A DNA stretch of 64,000 bases from Chrysomallon squamiferum (GCA_012295275.1 CM022679.1:15500001-15564000); one strand, 5' to 3'; shown: positions 13,001-23,679, counted from the first letter of the stretch. Numbers and translations: made by a program. The notes: generated by a model from the sequence alone, not told the origin.

Positions 13001-16000
13001 GAAAAATAAGTTCAGCATTCCTTAATTATAAACAATTATTTCATTATGAAGTTTTTTTAATTCTGAATTTAAAATATTTCCAAAGTCTAGTTAAGTGACT
13101 TGAATAACAAAAATTCCCAGTTCCAAGCTGTTAAAATGAATCCTGCAATGATGAAAATAATATATTTAAAACATACTGGAAGTTCATAAACATTTAAGTA
13201 CCTAACATTTTTAGAAAAATGAAAACCTTTTTATATGAATGTAAAGTAACTGATCTTTTGATAAAGATAAAATATAAATGATAATAATAATAAAAAACTA
13301 TCTGCTGTTTAATGAAGAGTATTTGATATTTAGAAATTTTAAGAAATATTACCTCCAGCTGAAGTTTCAGATGGCTCCTCATTGACTCAAAGAGAAGGAA
13401 GCAGACCCTGAGAGAAGCAGCAAACAGTGACAGGCGCTCTGTCTGCAACAGCTGAAACACAGTATTTATAAAAATAAAATTAAAGCAATTTTGTTTAAAA
13501 CAAAATCTACATAAAAATTTTAAATATTTTAAGATCACCATCATCTTAAAAAAATATTAAATAAAATAAAAAAATCTTTAAAAAGAAAAAGAAAAAAATT
13601 AAAACCTGAAACCCACAAATCTTCCCAAATTCAACAAATACCACTGAAAGTTATGTACTTATTATAATAAATACCATTCCAATAATGAATAAACAGAAGT
13701 TCAGTTAAAACTTAATATAACTGTAAATAAACAATGGAGAAAAAAAAAAAAAAGTACCATAAATAAATTGCGGCACATTTCGTCCTTCACTAAATACAGT
13801 AAAGAATTAAATGAACTGATGTGGTCGGCTCCAGCTTCTAGAGCGACTGTTAGAAGACTGAGTCCCATGTGGATCATCACATCAGTGTTGTGACGATCTA
13901 TCGGGTTTGTCAGAGAAACAAGAAATCGGTAAAGTTCTCGTACACACGGTAGTCCATATGGAATCAGTGGATAGGATCCTTAAATAGAAAAATAACAATT
14001 TTAAGAACTAAACAAAAAATAAAATAAAAAGATTAAAAAACATGAAATGACTTCTAAAACAAAGTTAATGTTTTAATCTTCTGATTAATGAAGGCATGAT
14101 GTCATCTTGAATATCAGTGTGATAACATAGTTCACTGACATTCATATTTCCTGTTGTTTTATTTGTGTTGTTCAGCTGGACATGATAAAATGAAAATAAA
14201 TAACTTTGAACTTTTGGACAGACTTTTTATTTTGGATGAAAAGAAATGCTAAATAATTCTGAAAAATGCTATTTTTAGGAAGCCAATTAAAGGAACTGAA
14301 AGTTAATTGGAAGATTAAAGGTGCTTTAAAATTATTTCACTTAGAAAGCACATGATCAAATAAAATGGAAATTTTATAAAGTGATGTTTATTGGAATGTT
14401 ATTTTAATGAAATGAAAAATTGCAGTAATATTTTTCTCACCTTCCCTGTAACCCTGAATCTGAGTAAAGCGGACACCTTTTGGATTTATAAAATCACTTT
14501 CTTGGAATGACGAAGATGTGTCAATGGAATCAGTGGTTGACTGTATGGATTCATTATCATCACCTAGGTCAGAGGTCAGCTCAGAGTCACTTGGACATTT
14601 CTGTAACAAAAACCAACATACAATAACATATATTTAAAAAAAATTAACAAAATAAAAATAAAAAAGGGGTAATAAGTAAATATGGAAAACTTTCACAGTT
14701 TGTTGAGTTTAGTGCTGGGTTTATTAATGTAATAAAATAAACTAATATGATTTAATTAAAAAACAAACAAAAAATTCTTTAAAAAAAACAACAACCCAGA
14801 ACTGTTGTATGATGATAAAAACTATTTTTTGGTTATAGCAGTAGATGATAACTGCCAAATATCCTGATTATTTTGTACATTTATTTTTCTCAAACAATTT
14901 CTATTTACATACTTTTAAAACAGATTCCTCCTGCACTGTTAGAGTCACACAAGGAGTATCACAAGGGACATAATCTGCTACTTCAGACTGACATTCTTCC
15001 CCTTGATCAGCTCCCTCTGTTGGAGGTCTGTCTGTTGCCTCTGTAATTTGCTCTTTGATGCTCTGTGGTACAATTACTTGGTATTGTTCTTCCCGGGATG
15101 CTGCCTAAAACAAAATCAGAAAAAAAAAATAAGTTAGTGTTAGCGTAACTGAATGTTTTATATTTTAGAATCATCACTTTTTCAAACATAATTTTTTTTT
15201 AACAGTTGCTATAAATTATCATTTTCAAAAAATACTCAAGACATGCTATCATACTATGCAATTAAGGAAATAGAAACTAATTTAAATTTTAGGAAAAGTA
15301 AAGTAGAAGGAAAAAAGGCCACAGTTAGTTTTATGTAATGGAACAGAGACATTACTTTTTATAAAGAAACACTAACATACAAACACTTCTCAAAATGTTT
15401 TTTCTTTTGTTTATTATTTAATGGGATTATGTAATTAATCAAACATGGATAAATGCATGAAAAAAATTGTTCCATAAAACTATTACAGTGTAAAATGTAT
15501 TCTTTATGTTCATACCTCAAAACTTTTAGAAATATCAATAACCCCATCATCAGAAGGTGCTACAGGGGTTGTGGCTATGATCCTGTCGTTGGCAACGTGT
15601 TCAAACTCTGACACCTCCATCTGTGGTGTAATGTCAACAGCGACATCCTCTGCATTCTCAGAGGCCATGGTCTGGGTTTTGTTACCTTCTGCATTCTGTT
15701 GCTGCTGCTGAAGTTGTTGTTGCTGTAAATGATTTTTCTTTGGTCGTGGTTTTGGAGATCGTTTTCGCTTTGAAAGTCTTGATGGATCTACTACACCAGC
15801 TCTCATTTTCAGCTATAAAAGTTTTAAAATCATGGTCACAGAGATGTGGGATATTAACAATACATTGGGAATTAAAATGAATATCAATCTGAATAATATT
15901 ACTACGTAGATTTTCTGCATGCATAAGATAGTTCTCAACACTGTTACAGCCAATATAATAAATTAAAAAGTTTTGAGTTTTACAGTTACAAATCAAATTT

Positions 16001-18205
16001 AGTGATATAATTATTGTTAAAAAGTGTTTTCAGATGCTTAATTACACTGCTATAGTAGAAATTAACTCTGTTACTAATATATACATATAACAACTAAACC
16101 TTCTTCATGTTGGCACTCCATTTAGTGTCCTCTTTGAACTGAGGGAGTCGTGTGAACAGCAACTGGACCATGTCCATCAGTGTATGTTCTGCAGCTTTCC
16201 GTAACAGTTCTGTGCAAAATTAATTTGATCAGTTTTTAGTATTATAATTTTAAATCATGTCCTGAAGTACTGTCTTAGGTGGCCAATATCACAAATGATA
16301 TATATATATATATATATATATAAATGGCAGATCTGAATATTTAATCTGCTAACTTAAACCTCACTGAAAACTTCACTACTATTTTTTTTTACTTCTGCTG
16401 AAAAAATAAACAACAGCAACAGAAAAAAAACTAAAACCCAGTCTTGCTACTTAATCTCATTGAAACAAAATTTCTTAAACAAAATAAAATTTCATATAAT
16501 TAACTAATTTTTTCAAATGAAAAAGGTCCTGGTACAATCAAAACACTTTTTAAAACTGAACAAAATCTAATAGAATGTTTGAAGTTTAGAATAAATATCT
16601 CACCACTTAGTCTCATTTCAAAACAGATTCTGAAACATGACTGCATGATTTCACAGACAGACTCATTGGTCAGTAGTATCCCAGAAGGACAGAGCAACAT
16701 GGTTCTTAAAACATGAAGGATCTTCATGAGAACAACTTCATCAGAAGATGGATCAGTGCCAACAAACCTGGCATGAGTGACAGCGTCTGCTACATTCTCT
16801 ATAGCAGCAGCAGCCATCTCACTTGTAGGATCTGAAAATTAAAAAAAAAAAACATTTTAGAAGTTCATTTTCTTGCAGATTGAGCCAATTAAAAAAAGAA
16901 AAAAGGATTATGTGTAGAAAAAAAAAGTTATGATTAATATATTGTCACAACAGCATAGCTGCACATTATCATTACTTTATAATCTGCATTTCAAAAACAT
17001 TAAAATTATCTAACTCACACTAAACTGAAATGTGAAAAAAAGAGAAAATAAGGTAGTTTTCAGAAATGCTTACCAACAAGACCATAGGAGAGGAACTTGT
17101 TGACAGATGTTAGAGCCAGGCCTGTTATAGGACCAGTTGTGTCCTCGGAACGAATCACTTCAAGAAACGGACTAAGAAATACATTGGGTTCCAGTTCACT
17201 CAAAACTAAAAATAAAACAAAGGAATATTTCACCATGTCATTAAAAAAAAGAACTGAATTGTATGTTCTTTATAGGTTACTGCCTAAAGATTAAGGACCA
17301 TTCCAAATACATAACGGCGTACAATATATGGCTTACTCATGTCCAGTATCTGAAATTATTTTTTATTCATCATTTCAGTTATTTGTAATATTAACCATTA
17401 TAAATAATATAGTATTTACTGCATAATATATTCAATTTAAATGAAAAAGGTAAAAAAAGAAAGAAAACAACAATCCAGAAAATAAAAAAGAAACTGATTA
17501 ATATTTTGCAACATCTGAAAATGTTCTGATTTCAGATTTTTTTATTGTTATTTTTATAACTTAGTATCGTGGTATATCTCTGCACACTATTTTATTTTAT
17601 TTACTGGTGGGTTTTTTTCCTTAGGAGCAAAAATTGGAAAGTAACATAATGAAATAATAGCATTACCTGTTACATTATTCAGTACATCTTTGAGTTGAGA
17701 AAAACTGCTTAATAGTGGATCTGCTTCTTCATCCTGAAACAAAAAAAAATAAAAAAATATAAATAATAAAATAATATCTAAAATGAAGTTGAAATGAATG
17801 CATGTATTACCAAGCACATTTATTACCCATTTTTTTTCTTTTTGTGATGAATCAAAGAGGAAACCATTACAGTAATCTTATTAACTGTTATTTTTGAATT
17901 TATTCTAATAATATGAAAAACAGAAACCACTGTTTTGATTATAAATACAAGTGGCAGAGCTCTGGTAAGTATTTTAATACATTATGATACAAATCTATAC
18001 CCATTAAAAAGCAATATCATAAAAGAAATCCATCTCTTACTGAATTTAATGCTACATTTTATTAGTGCTAATAATAATAGTAATTAAAAAATTGAAGGCT
18101 ACTTACAAGATGGCTGTGTGTTGTCCATCTGGATGTTCTGCGCATTGCTGTGACAACAAGTGACACCTCACCCTGGATGATGTATACTCCATTTGGAGGA
18201 CTCAT
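156..18205 (-). CDS. GBF1: Golgi brefeldin A-resistance ARF guanine nucleotide exchange factor 1 (DCB-HUS-Sec7-HDS1/2/3), 35 coding exons, 3' end outside window
   Basis: Hand-spliced exons: 18205-18107, 17733-17667, 17205-17074, 16831-16604, 16209-16100, 15812-15516, 15104-14913, 14600-14441, 13978-13758, 13451-13353, 12991-12797, 12398-12221, 11926-11813, 11409-11282, 11093-10891, 10581-10458, 10281-10156, 9773-9691, 9058-8995, 8753-8581, 8141-8042, 7686-7510, 7144-7077, 6912-6720, 6261-6146, 5808-5417, 4959-4796, 4495-4270, 3950-3612, 3189-3059, 2815-2714, 2273-2160, 1698-1530, 1169-1032, 394-156. Total 5661 nt, one open frame. GBF1-diagnostic peptides: [60 protein letters not shown]. Confidence 0.97.
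1032..1169 (-). CDS. GBF1: GBF1 coding exon 34 (disordered tail)
   Basis: [14 protein letters not shown]...VVEQSC; poly-T TAG acceptor, GTAAGT donor, phase 1-1. Confidence 0.82.
1530..1698 (-). CDS. GBF1: GBF1 coding exon 33 (HDS3 end)
   Basis: [21 protein letters not shown]...[26 protein letters not shown]; CAG/GTAAA. Confidence 0.95.
2160..2273 (-). CDS. GBF1: GBF1 coding exon 32 (HDS3)
   Basis: [38 protein letters not shown]; CAG/GTAAA. Confidence 0.95.
2714..2815 (-). CDS. GBF1: GBF1 coding exon 31 (HDS3)
   Basis: [34 protein letters not shown]; CAG/GTGAGT. Confidence 0.95.
3059..3189 (-). CDS. GBF1: GBF1 coding exon 30 (HDS3)
   Basis: [43 protein letters not shown]; CAG/GTATGA. Confidence 0.95.
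3612..3950 (-). CDS. GBF1: GBF1 coding exon 29
   Basis: HLKVASK...[22 protein letters not shown]...[11 protein letters not shown]; CAG/GTAAA. Confidence 0.93.
4270..4495 (-). CDS. GBF1: GBF1 coding exon 28
   Basis: VNKEET...[35 protein letters not shown]; TAG/GTGAG. Confidence 0.94.
4796..4959 (-). CDS. GBF1: GBF1 coding exon 27 (HDS2-HDS3 linker)
   Basis: TQSDSEV...[11 protein letters not shown]...GSWML; in-frame donor TTG/GTCAGT. Confidence 0.9.
5417..5808 (-). CDS. GBF1: GBF1 coding exon 26 (HDS2)
   Basis: [15 protein letters not shown]...[20 protein letters not shown]...KTNAANIHS; TAG/GTTTGT. Confidence 0.95.
6146..6261 (-). CDS. GBF1: GBF1 coding exon 25 (HDS2)
   Basis: [38 protein letters not shown]; CAG/GTAAT. 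Confidence 0.93.
6720..6912 (-). CDS. GBF1: GBF1 coding exon 24 (HDS2)
   Basis: [16 protein letters not shown]...[24 protein letters not shown]; CAG/GTATGA. Confidence 0.93.
7077..7144 (-). CDS. GBF1: GBF1 coding exon 23
   Basis: [22 protein letters not shown]; TAG/GTAAA. Confidence 0.9.
7510..7686 (-). CDS. GBF1: GBF1 coding exon 22 (HDS1)
   Basis: [43 protein letters not shown]...KTMIE; CAG/GTACG. Confidence 0.94.
8042..8141 (-). CDS. GBF1: GBF1 coding exon 21 (HDS1)
   Basis: [33 protein letters not shown]; CAG/GTAAT. Confidence 0.95.
8581..8753 (-). CDS. GBF1: GBF1 coding exon 20 (HDS1)
   Basis: [13 protein letters not shown]...[24 protein letters not shown]...IAGF; CAG/GTAAGA. Confidence 0.94.
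8995..9058 (-). CDS. GBF1: GBF1 coding exon 19
   Basis: [21 protein letters not shown]; CAG/GTAAC. Confidence 0.94.
9691..9773 (-). CDS. GBF1: GBF1 coding exon 18 (Sec7 end)
   Basis: [27 protein letters not shown]; CAG/GTAAAG. Confidence 0.94.
10156..10281 (-). CDS. GBF1: GBF1 coding exon 17 (Sec7)
   Basis: [42 protein letters not shown]; CAG/GTAAGT. Confidence 0.96.
10458..10581 (-). CDS. GBF1: GBF1 coding exon 16 (Sec7 catalytic Glu finger)
   Basis: [41 protein letters not shown]; CAG/GTAAGT. Confidence 0.96.
10891..11093 (-). CDS. GBF1: GBF1 coding exon 15 (Sec7 N-part)
   Basis: [26 protein letters not shown]...[11 protein letters not shown]; CAG/GTGAGT. Confidence 0.95.
11282..11409 (-). 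CDS. GBF1: GBF1 coding exon 14
   Basis: WTKSNK...[25 protein letters not shown]; CAG/GTAAAC. Confidence 0.88.
11813..11926 (-). CDS. GBF1: GBF1 coding exon 13 (linker)
   Basis: [37 protein letters not shown]; CAG/GTGTGT, phase 1-1. Confidence 0.8.
12221..12398 (-). CDS. GBF1: GBF1 coding exon 12
   Basis: [30 protein letters not shown]...; CAG/GTAAGC. Confidence 0.93.
12797..12991 (-). CDS. GBF1: GBF1 coding exon 11 (HUS box)
   Basis: MFLIKLSD...[34 protein letters not shown]; CAG/GTAAT. Confidence 0.95.
13353..13451 (-). CDS. GBF1: GBF1 coding exon 10 (HUS)
   Basis: [33 protein letters not shown]; CAG/GTAAT. Confidence 0.95.
13758..13978 (-). CDS. GBF1: GBF1 coding exon 9 (HUS)
   Basis: [44 protein letters not shown]...[10 protein letters not shown]; AAG/GTACT. 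Confidence 0.94.
14441..14600 (-). CDS. GBF1: GBF1 coding exon 8
   Basis: [13 protein letters not shown]...[12 protein letters not shown] (conserved NPxGVRF); CAG/GTGAG. Confidence 0.9.
14913..15104 (-). CDS. GBF1: GBF1 coding exon 7 (low-conservation acidic linker)
   Basis: [19 protein letters not shown]...EESVLK, 64 open codons, TAG/GTATGT, phase 0-0; no recognisable homology. Confidence 0.72.
15516..15812 (-). CDS. GBF1: GBF1 coding exon 6 (linker with polyQ)
   Basis: [21 protein letters not shown]...[11 protein letters not shown]...SKSFE; TAG/GTATG, phase 0-0. Confidence 0.9.
16100..16209 (-). CDS. GBF1: GBF1 coding exon 5
   Basis: [37 protein letters not shown]; CAG/GTTTAG. Confidence 0.93.
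16604..16831 (-). CDS. GBF1: GBF1 coding exon 4 (DCB)
   Basis: [39 protein letters not shown]...CFEMRLS; CAG/GTGAG. Confidence 0.95.
17074..17205 (-). CDS. GBF1: GBF1 coding exon 3 (DCB)
   Basis: [43 protein letters not shown]; TAG/GTAAGC. Confidence 0.95.
17667..17733 (-). CDS. GBF1: GBF1 coding exon 2 (DCB)
   Basis: [22 protein letters not shown]; CAG/GTAAT boundaries. Confidence 0.93.
18107..18205 (-). CDS. GBF1: GBF1 coding exon 1 (start codon)
   Basis: [33 protein letters not shown], matching the GBF1 N-terminus; donor GTAAGT; AG acceptor 8 nt before the ATG (exon begins 18213). Confidence 0.93.
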
Positions 18206-19131
18206 TTTTAAATCTGGAAATTTGAAAAATATTTCAACAGTATTTAAATAAATTAAAATTAACTAATGATTCATGAATGATGGTTATAATTACAAATATA
18301 AATATGTTGTTGACTGAACAGTTTGAAATTATTATTGTGCTAAAAGAATGCTACTGAAATTTTCACTCATATCTGATAAAAATATATTATGAGTTGGATC
18401 ACAGAATTCAGTTTGTTACAAGTTTATAAAATTATCATAATTAATCTGTAAAATTCAATGATTATATAGATAATCTATTTTTTTACTATTCATGGTTATA
18501 AAATGCATTACTTTAATTCCATGTTGTTTGTTTTGCCTAAGGACATTACAGTGTCACCTATCAGATGAAATTCTCTCACTATCCAACTCAATATTTACTT
18601 GGTGTAAAAAATAAAAAAAATAAAAAATAAAAAAGCAATATATTCATAACAACAATAATAAAAATTCCATAAAATCTGACAAAACAGAATGGTTTCAACT
18701 TCACAGTTAACATTTATTGGTGTAGCAAATATATCATAATTTAAAAAACAACTGACTAAAACTTGTACATTTCATAAGCATGGTCACATATAAAAATTAA
18801 ATCTTTGCGATTCTGATAAAAAAAAAAAATCATTTATGATATATCAGATACATATAATTTATTATCAGATTTCTGATAATAATACTAACATTACAATTTA
18901 CAGTAACAATAAATTGAATAATGATATAAACCACTACACATTACCGACAGCATAATTATAAAGCAAAGGTTTATAGTTTTATTTTGTTTTGACATTACAT
19001 CAGTGATTATGATCTCGTATGGTAAAATGATTATGTTTGCAACGATTTTCATAATGTTATTACCAGTATTATTAACGGTGCTAATTGGTCTTGAAAACCA
19101 CTATACAGATAAATGTCAAAGGCTATCTTAC

Positions 19132-19230
19132 CAAAAATAAGTTGACTGTGTACTAATGTTTTCAGTGAACAACGTTGACTAAGGATTCAAGGAATCTCCT
19201 CATTAAAAGTAAGCAAACATGGCTGCCCGT
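19132..19230 (-). other. GBF1: Probable non-coding first (5'UTR) exon of GBF1; upstream boundary approximate
   Basis: The ATG exon has an AG acceptor only 8 nt upstream of the ATG, so a UTR exon is needed. The best donor is TTG/GTAAGA at 19132/19131, where CpG content rises, next to YY1-like GCAGCCATGTTT (19215-19226). Confidence 0.55.
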
Positions 19231-19525
19231 CATTAGACCACCATAAACGGTTTTAAAAACTTCTGGACAGCAGCCTTTAACAATTTTATGACTTAAATTA
19301 TGCGTTCACATGGTGTCGTCTATACAAACAATTATTTGGCAAAATAATTATCAGATTATTCCAAAGAACACCACCAGGTTGTTGGAAAATAAGACTTGAC
19401 AAGTGACGTGGTTATGAATTAGGTGGCGCTATTTGCAAGCGATAAAGGGACGCAACCGGTGTCATTTCGGAAGTTATCGTTTAAATCCGGTGTAAGAGTT
19501 CATGATCGGGTAAAGCAATCCGACA
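19200..19525. promoter_or_regulatory. GBF1 promoter region (CpG-retaining)
   Basis: YY1-like AACATGGCTGCC (19216-19227), TGACGTGG (19404-19411), AGGTGGCGCT (19421-19430), ETS-type CGGAAGT (19468-19474); lies just upstream of the predicted first exon. Confidence 0.65.
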
Positions 19526-20673
19526 AATGTTTATTTAATTTATTATACATTTTGACAATTGATTTTAAAAATAATTTATATTCATTACAGGCATTTACAT
19601 TAAAAAATATCATGATATAACTTTATGTTCGTATATTAGTATTAACAGAATTCAAAGTAGCTTATTTGTTGCTGTTTAACAAGGTGTGAAATAGTAGTCT
19701 TAGAAGGAAAACCAGGTCCCTCGATAAAACAAACATATAAATCCCCATGCAAATATATTCATATGTTCATACGTACAAATACATACATACATAAGATTAT
19801 TAACATCGATTTTTTTCTTAATTTGTTACTGTATTTCCACTGAAACATTAAACATTAAGTTTGTTTTTAGGACATAATTGATAAAATCGGTTTAGCTGGT
19901 TCGACAAGGCTTATGTATGTTTGCGCTGTAATATACGTTAAATTATGCGAAGACTATTGATATTTTATTTATATTACTTTTATTCATTCATTCCTTTATT
20001 TCCTCTATAGGACATTATAAAAAATACCAAAAAAGTATTTTATAGTTGAAATATAATTTAGAAGATAAATAAAATTAGGCCTAGTTAAAATAAATTTTGT
20101 TTTTGTAATTTTATATAGCGGTAAGATTTACAGTTTATTAAAACAAAAATTCAGTTTCTAATAAGATCAAACTAAAAATTAAACTGAAATTATTCCGTTG
20201 TATTATGAATACATACATTTCCGCGTACAAACACACGCAATTACATTTACAGAGCTGTCCTAAACGAAATTCTGAAAATAAATACAGACCACTCTTTTAT
20301 CCATAAATTTTTGACATTTGATTATTTCCCTTCAGTTGTTTCTTTTCTAAAAGAAGGAAAAATGATCAATTCAAGCTGAGTCCGTTAGAATATGGGAAAT
20401 ATTTTTGTAACCTTAAACGAACGCGCTTGGAAATTAAATATTTAAAAACAAAAACATAGCTGAAAATCGAGAATTAATTTCAGACAGATAAGGAATGCTT
20501 TTATTTTTATTTTGTGTATTAGGTAACGTTTAAGAATGCATCTCATAATAGTATTCACTTTTATTTATCTATTTATATTGTTATTAATATTATCATTAAA
20601 TGTTTCATACACTTTATCCGGCTTATAAATAAAAATCATAATAATAATTAAAAAAAATAAAAATAAATAAATA

Positions 20674-20675
<2 letters not shown>

Positions 20676-20737
<62 letters not shown>
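20676..20737. repeat. (AAT)n microsatellite
   Basis: Direct read. Confidence 0.95.
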
Positions 20738-20742
<5 letters not shown>

Positions 20743-21198
20743 TAAAGAAAAAAGTGAAGTGTTTAGAAGTCTGTTAATTAGTAAATGTTTTGTGCTTTAC
20801 TTTTCTGTTTTTATTTTATATTGTAGGTATATACGTGTATTAAGCCTTGATCCGAGAAAATCCAGAAAACCGGATTAAAGTGGCTCAACATTGCCGGATC
20901 AATGACGTTGCATTGGTGTAATATACATACTAGCTGAACGAATGATAAACTGATAAACAATAAATTCCCAATACAAAAGAATAATATAATTCTTAATTTG
21001 AATATTCTAGTTTCAGAAATTTAAATTTTCAGTTGACTATAAATCTTATCATGGTATGTAATTATAACGTCAGTAGCAGACTTTTCATTATTGGTAGATA
21101 TTAATTTTATTATTTTATTTTCAAAATTTTTATATATAGCTGAATATATAAAATACAATTTTCTACATTTATCATATTAGCAAATATAAATGAATGAA

Positions 21199-21212
21199 TA
21201 ATAAATAAATAA

Positions 21213-21279
<67 letters not shown>

Positions 21280-21280
21280 A
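21199..21280. repeat. (AAAT)n microsatellite
   Basis: Direct read. Confidence 0.95.
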
Positions 21281-21889
21281 TTAAGGGACATAACTCTTAC
21301 AATACTAATTTCATAGTCTTAAGAAATGTTTGATTGCCATTACTCCTTTGTAGAATCAACTCTGTTGGTTTTGTCCTTTATGTTTTTATAAAAGATTAAT
21401 ATTTAATGTTACAATGAAAATGTTTCTTAAGACAGCAGCAACATAACTTAAGAAAAATGCCTTTTTACTAGTATATGTGTTTTGTACGTGTTTTCATATG
21501 AGAGAGAGAGAGAGAGAGGGGCACAGTCGAACTATAGCACTGTGTATTCTGTAACAAACTGTTCCTTATTCCATTTTTTTTTTTTAAATTCTCTGTTACT
21601 TTGATAACGACAGATAGAACCACACGTATATTTATTTACCTAAATATGCGCAAGTTGATGATAAAAACATACAAACTCACAGTCGATGTTACCAAGTAAA
21701 TCACTTACTTGGTTATAGGAGAAAAATGACAAACTACTTTAAAAAAATATATATTTTAAAATATTAAAAATATACTTTTATATTTTATTAATTTAACTTT
21801 CATTTGCCAAACAAACATATACATACACACATACACTACACACACACACAATAAAAAAAGTATGAAATAAAACAAGAAAAAAAAAAAAA

Positions 21890-22085
21890 AAAATGAAATA
21901 AAATAAAATAAAATGAAATAAAATAAAATTAAATTAAAAAAATAAGTAAATAAGTAAAAAAATAAATAAAATGAAATAAAATTAAATTAAATTAAAAAAA
22001 TAAGTAAATAAGTAAAAAATAAATAAATTGAAATAAAATAAAATGAAATTAAAAAAATAAGTAAATAAGTAAAAAATAAATAAAT
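21890..22085. repeat. A-rich minisatellite, three copies of about 58-59 bp
   Basis: AAATTAAAAAAATAAGTAAATAAGTAAAAAA repeated three times. Confidence 0.8.
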
Positions 22086-22701
22086 ATCCTTGCCACAAAA
22101 TGTTGTATAAAAGCATACTTTAGTTCCCTTAGGAGGACGCAGAAACAACATTTTTAATTTAATTTTATTTTTTTATTTTCATTCACCATTTGCATAATTT
22201 AGAGATAATCCGCACATTTGCGCACAATTTTCTTTTATAAAAATGTCGTGTAACAAATGTCTGCTTAAATAAAATATAATTGATGGATTATGCTTTTAAA
22301 CTATTTTATCACCGAGGTGACACCAAAAGTGATAGATGAACGAGTTAATACAATCGCCAAATGGGATGTTGCGTGGCCGCATTGTCACTGTTTTTAAGAG
22401 GATTATGGTACTGCGATGCACCCAATATAGTTTCAGATCTGCACGCGACAGTACGTCTGAACAACAGACGACAACGTGACACCATGTATAGTTCGGAATA
22501 TTTCGCTTTTCGGATGTTTTCCGAAGTGTTCCGAGGCTTTGACTTCAGTTTTTTCTTCGTAGAAACAACTGATATAATGGATGTGTTGATATAATTATTG
22601 TTTCTTATGATAAAAGTTTACTTAATCCGTGGAATTTTCTTTCGATGATCTACCCAAATGTATCTATTGTTGTCTGAATGACAGTAACTCCCCCAAAAAT
22701 G

Positions 22702-22737
<36 letters not shown>

Positions 22738-22807
22738 ATAATAATAAAAAAAAATTAAAATAAATATAAACAAAACAAACAAGAAACCAAAATAAATGAA
22801 AACAAAC

Positions 22808-22848
<41 letters not shown>

Positions 22849-23153
22849 AATTCTATCTCTCTATCTATCTATATATATAATATAAACATGCGAAATATTT
22901 TTTAATTCGTTTCTGTCATAAATACCATAAAACGAAAGAAATCAAGTATAAAGTATTTTTAAATTCCAAATACCATATCGTATATAAAATCAAAATATCT
23001 GATAATTTACGCTAAATTTGGAAGATTTGTTTGTGTTGTTAATTAAAACATCGTTTTGACAGTAGTCTGCAAATCATTAAACAGCTGGATGTTGTAATTA
23101 TTCATGTAATATGTATATAAAATGGGACATACAGTGGTTTATAATTCTGTCGT

Positions 23154-23155
<2 letters not shown>

Positions 23156-23220
<65 letters not shown>
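23156..23220. repeat. (AG)n microsatellite
   Basis: Direct read. Confidence 0.95.
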
Positions 23221-23221
<1 letters not shown>

Positions 23222-23679
23222 CAACTTTTATTTTTACGACTTCATTTAAGCTCACCAAACATAAATGACCGAAACGAACAAAATAAATAAATTCGAAATG
23301 GCTTCAAAATTCTGTAACCACATAAAATGTCTGAGTCCATTAGAGGTATATATATATTTATATAACAGCGATAGTAAAGTAAAACAAAATTGTTCTACAA
23401 ATATTTTTCAGTGATCAGTCTTTTATAAGTGAATAAAATGACGAAATCATTTTAGTTCACCGTTATATACATATATAAAACTGTAATTCGATTATTTTTA
23501 TTTGAATACGATTGCCTTGTTGTAATAGATATTGTTCTTTATGTTAGTATTATTATCATTTTTGTTGTAGTTATTGTTGCAGTTGTTGCTGTTGCTGTTG
23601 TTATTGTTGATTCTGATGTTGTTTTATTGTTCAGTATTCCTGTTACATGTTTGCAATAGCTTAAATGGTATCAAATCGA

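Noticed and set aside
19218-19235. Plus-strand AAC-ATG-GCT-GCC as the start of a divergent gene
   Set aside because: Stops after five codons (MAARH*); better explained as a YY1-type motif.
22361-22594. ORF MGCCVAAL...LWY resembling a SWIM-type zinc finger of transposases
   Set aside because: Lacks the His and the upstream CxC; stops lie immediately upstream.
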